DNA of 64,000 nucleotides from Vicugna vicugna (taxonomy: Eukaryota). Shown in pieces: positions 63,001 through 64,000 of the stretch. Below the pieces are notes generated by a model. That model was given only the letters and a program-made list of their open reading frames with translations, was not told where the DNA came from and did no database searches. The translations under genes and the position numbers were made by a program. How positions within the stretch are numbered: position 1 is the first letter of the stretch; each line of letters opens with the position of its first letter. Location: the NCBI GenBank assembly GCA_013265495.1, contig MU058206.1, positions 250,001 to 314,000 on the forward strand, in the 5' to 3' direction.

Positions 63001-64000
63001 CTGGGCTGGGGGCTCAGGGCCCTTTGGGAGACCAGGCTCCAGACAGTGGGGGCTGCCTGAGGCCTCATGTCCCTCAGGCCTGGGTAGTTCTGGCCAGTTC
63101 TGGGTTCTAGGCAAAGGTGGGACCCACTGTGTGGATGCAAGCTCATGAGTCAAGGGGAAGAGACCTCAGTATTGGGCATTTCTGGACAGGCTCCAGGAAA
63201 GGCCCTGCCTGCAGGATGCTCAGGGGACCCGGAGCCTGATGGGCTGGGGGAGCACCGCCTCTGAATTGGCCAGACCTGGCACAGAGAGGGCTTGTCCTGG
63301 TAGCCCAAGGATGTGTGAGTGTGTACATGTGCCCAATGGTGAGGGAGTGTGTGATTCTGTGTGCGCCTGTGAGAGTGTGTACATGAGCATGAGTGATTAT
63401 GGGTGTGGTGCACGCGCAGTGTGCCTGGGGCCCGAGGGGTTGAGACTACATCGATAAATGTGTGAGAGGCTGTGCTTTGAGAGTGCCACAGTCCTTGAGA
63501 CTGTTTCTGAGTGTGAGCGAGGGTGGTTGGGTGGGTGTGAGTCCTGAGCATGCGTGATCGTGTGCGTGTGAACTGACTTGGGTCTCTGACTTGAGAGGAT
63601 ATATGTACCCACGTTTATATATCAATGTGAGTGAGAGCAGGAGGGAGCAGACGGGGTGTAGGGGGTGGGTCTGTGCGCATGTGCGCATGCGTGTGCTGAT
63701 GCGGAGGTGGGGGGGGCAGGCCAGAGCACCCAGGCTTTTGTCCCCACCTTTAGGGTCAGCAGCATTACCTCCTCCCTCCCTCTCTTCTCTGCCCTCCTGC
63801 CCTTTCTCCTTCTTTCTTCCCTCCCTGCTCAGCCACCTTTTGGGGATCGAGTGCCAGGACCACTCCCCAATTCCAGAGGCACCCCGGGGACACTCTTTTC
63901 TCCCTTTGCTGGCAGGAAGGGATCCTCAGAGCCCAGGTAGGGTGGTTGGTTCTGGAAGGAGGGCCTCTCTGAGGCCTAGGTCAGAGAAGGAGTGGAGAGG

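Overview
Mammalian genomic DNA, most likely a camelid (inferred from the many tRNA-Ala(AGC)-derived Vic-1-type SINEs). The window holds the complete KAT7 (HBO1/MYST2) gene on the + strand: 15 coding exons, 689..27465, 1836 nt = 611 aa, all introns GT-AG. The complete TAC4 (hemokinin/endokinin precursor) gene lies convergently on the - strand: 5 coding exons, 43733..36569, 110 aa. The remaining ~20 kb is non-coding and contains an orphan CpG island (~46.2-47.4 kb), candidate CTCF and MEF2/homeodomain sites, many interspersed repeats and a 537-nt N gap that looks like a false gap. The most notable observations are: (1) the TAC4 tachykinin GKASQFFGLM is followed by GKH rather than the canonical GKR cleavage/amidation signal; (2) KAT7 has Ala at position 85, where human has the CDK1 site Thr85; (3) an in-frame ACG in perfect Kozak context could give KAT7 a 27-aa N-terminal extension. 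I found no convincing wholly new multi-gene system. Most ORFs in the supplied track are spurious. Repeat family names and human comparisons are from memory and need database confirmation.
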